Both the position numbers and the translations under genes were made by a program. The notes under the pieces were generated by a model. That model ran no database searches, was not told the DNA's origin, and worked only from the letters and a program-made list of their open reading frames with translations. A stretch of DNA of 64,000 nt from Phoronis australis (lineage: Eukaryota; Animalia; Phoronida): positions 70,010-134,009 of the forward strand of contig NMRA01000398.1 of the NCBI GenBank assembly GCA_002633005.1, in the 5' to 3' direction. Below, piece after piece: positions 63,901-64,000 of the stretch (position 1 is the first letter of the stretch; each line of letters opens with the position of its first letter).

Positions 63901-64000
63901 GACTCTCCTTACGCCGCTATGTGTATCCCATGTTTTAAACACGAGCGACATCGTGTGGAGCTCATGAGAATCGTGCACGTACACTTGAGTGTGACCGTCT
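41940..64000 (-). CDS. Gene B (3' part, enters from right edge): paralog of gene A, FN3-like repeat array through to the stop codon
   Basis: Exons 63819-(64000), 62962-63296, 60757-61403, 57392-58533, 55948-56731, 54498-54614, 54071-54381, 53005-53112, 52111-52264, 50522-50705, 45504-47062, 44049-45359, 41940-42961; all splice phases match. Confidence 0.9.
44049..45359 (-). CDS. Gene B exon, FN3-like repeats
   Basis: ORF 43690..45348; DNEPP, DATPP, DWLPP; donor GTAAGT. Confidence 0.9.
45504..47062 (-). CDS. Gene B exon, FN3-like repeats with a Cys-rich linker
   Basis: ORF 45394..47097; WFGFHDPHS, DSTPP, DFTPP. Confidence 0.9.
47860..48480 (+). repeat. Diverged HINE-like fragment
   Basis: TGGCCACCAGGTGGCG (47905), similar units, GGAC/CAGAC tract. 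Confidence 0.5.
49088..49271 (-). CDS. Redundant copy of exon 50522-50705
   Basis: Identical 184-nt exon. Confidence 0.6.
50522..50705 (-). CDS. Gene B exon (AYTVIMKLIPGEKYYVTVKAC...DDSPP...YQAET)
   Basis: ctctag/GTAAGT, phase 1/2. Confidence 0.85.
51246..52050 (+). mobile_element. Diverged HINE-like element
   Basis: AAACAAGAGC start, TTGCCACTAGGGGGC unit, GGACGGAC tract, GGCATAATGCGCCCAC end. Confidence 0.7.
52111..52264 (-). CDS. Gene B exon (GDWDYQQ...WFGFQDGES)
   Basis: cttcag/GTGTGT, phase 0/1. Confidence 0.85.
53005..53112 (-). CDS. Gene B exon (ATNVVGLS...VYDGPDRKQ)
   Basis: tttcag/GTACGT, phase 0/0. Confidence 0.85.
54071..54381 (-). CDS. Gene B exon (AFDHVGL...DTSPP...YYAQIL)
   Basis: ttacag/GTACGT, phase 1/0. 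Confidence 0.85.
54498..54614 (-). CDS. Gene B exon (GTTPGGVDVRAFVDVG...GLNLESGKTYFVTVR), absent from the ORF track
   Basis: Hand translation matches the repeat consensus; phase 1/1. Confidence 0.9.
55948..56731 (-). CDS. Gene B exon
   Basis: ORF 55778..56719; SNGFIVDTNPP, SGIKQYKYGIG. Confidence 0.9.
56978..57129 (+). mobile_element. CAGGGGC..GCCACTG MITE
   Basis: TIRs; flanks ATTAT/GTTAT; inverted relative at 59044-59187. Confidence 0.7.
57278..57339. repeat. Perfect 31-bp tandem duplication
   Basis: TATGGCAAGAAAACTAGAACAACTTATCGCA x2. Confidence 0.9.
57392..58533 (-). CDS. Gene B exon, FN3-like repeats
   Basis: ORF 57353..58594; ttttcag/GTACAG, phase 1/0. Confidence 0.9.
59044..59187 (-). 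mobile_element. CAGGGGC MITE, same family as 56978-57129
   Basis: Reverse-complement similarity; flanks GAAAC/GAAAT. Confidence 0.7.
60757..61403 (-). CDS. Gene B exon, paralog of 61-707
   Basis: 647 nt, four amino-acid differences from gene A. Confidence 0.9.
61591..62898 (+). mobile_element. Non-autonomous Kolobok-like DNA transposon (THAP remnant), with nested MITE at 61939-62088
   Basis: Perfect 15-bp TIR AGAGTTCCCACCATG, TTAA TSD (61587-61590, 62899-62902), empty TTAA site at 901-904 in the paralogous intron; MKRCVCGNCGN...FKFP...KWHRFV from 61829. Confidence 0.85.
62962..63296 (-). CDS. Gene B exon, paralog of 964-1298
   Basis: ORF 62946..63311. Confidence 0.9.
63819..64000 (-). CDS. 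Gene B exon (partial), paralog of 1808-2092
   Basis: ORF 63745..63984; donor GTGAGT. Confidence 0.9.

Overview
Eukaryotic (probably marine invertebrate) draft-assembly window, not prokaryotic: GT-AG introns, dense transposon debris, N gaps at 7214, 15553-15573, 29614 and 49647. It holds two tandem minus-strand paralogs of one giant multi-exon gene. Gene B's 3' part runs from beyond 64000 to a stop at 41940. Gene A's 5' part runs from at least 32543 past position 1. I joined the exons by hand and all splice phases match. Together they give a ~3,300-aa, probably secreted protein: MEGF10/CED-1/Draper-like EMI domain, three EGF/Cys-rich modules, many 'W.GF.D..SGI..Y...GT...YYV.V.A.N..GL...S.G..VD.TPP' FN3-like repeats, a Cys-flanked Thr-rich loop, and no evident TM helix. 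Introns and the intergenic region contain Helentron-type elements with arrays of CTCF-like motifs, Penelope-type pseudo-LTRs with minimal hammerhead ribozymes (two families), a Kolobok-like TTAA element with an empty site in the paralog, an L1/Tx1 LINE with a ~70-bp flanking duplication, LTR fragments and several MITEs. Two near-identical duplicated blocks next to gaps are probably uncollapsed haplotypes or contig overlaps.
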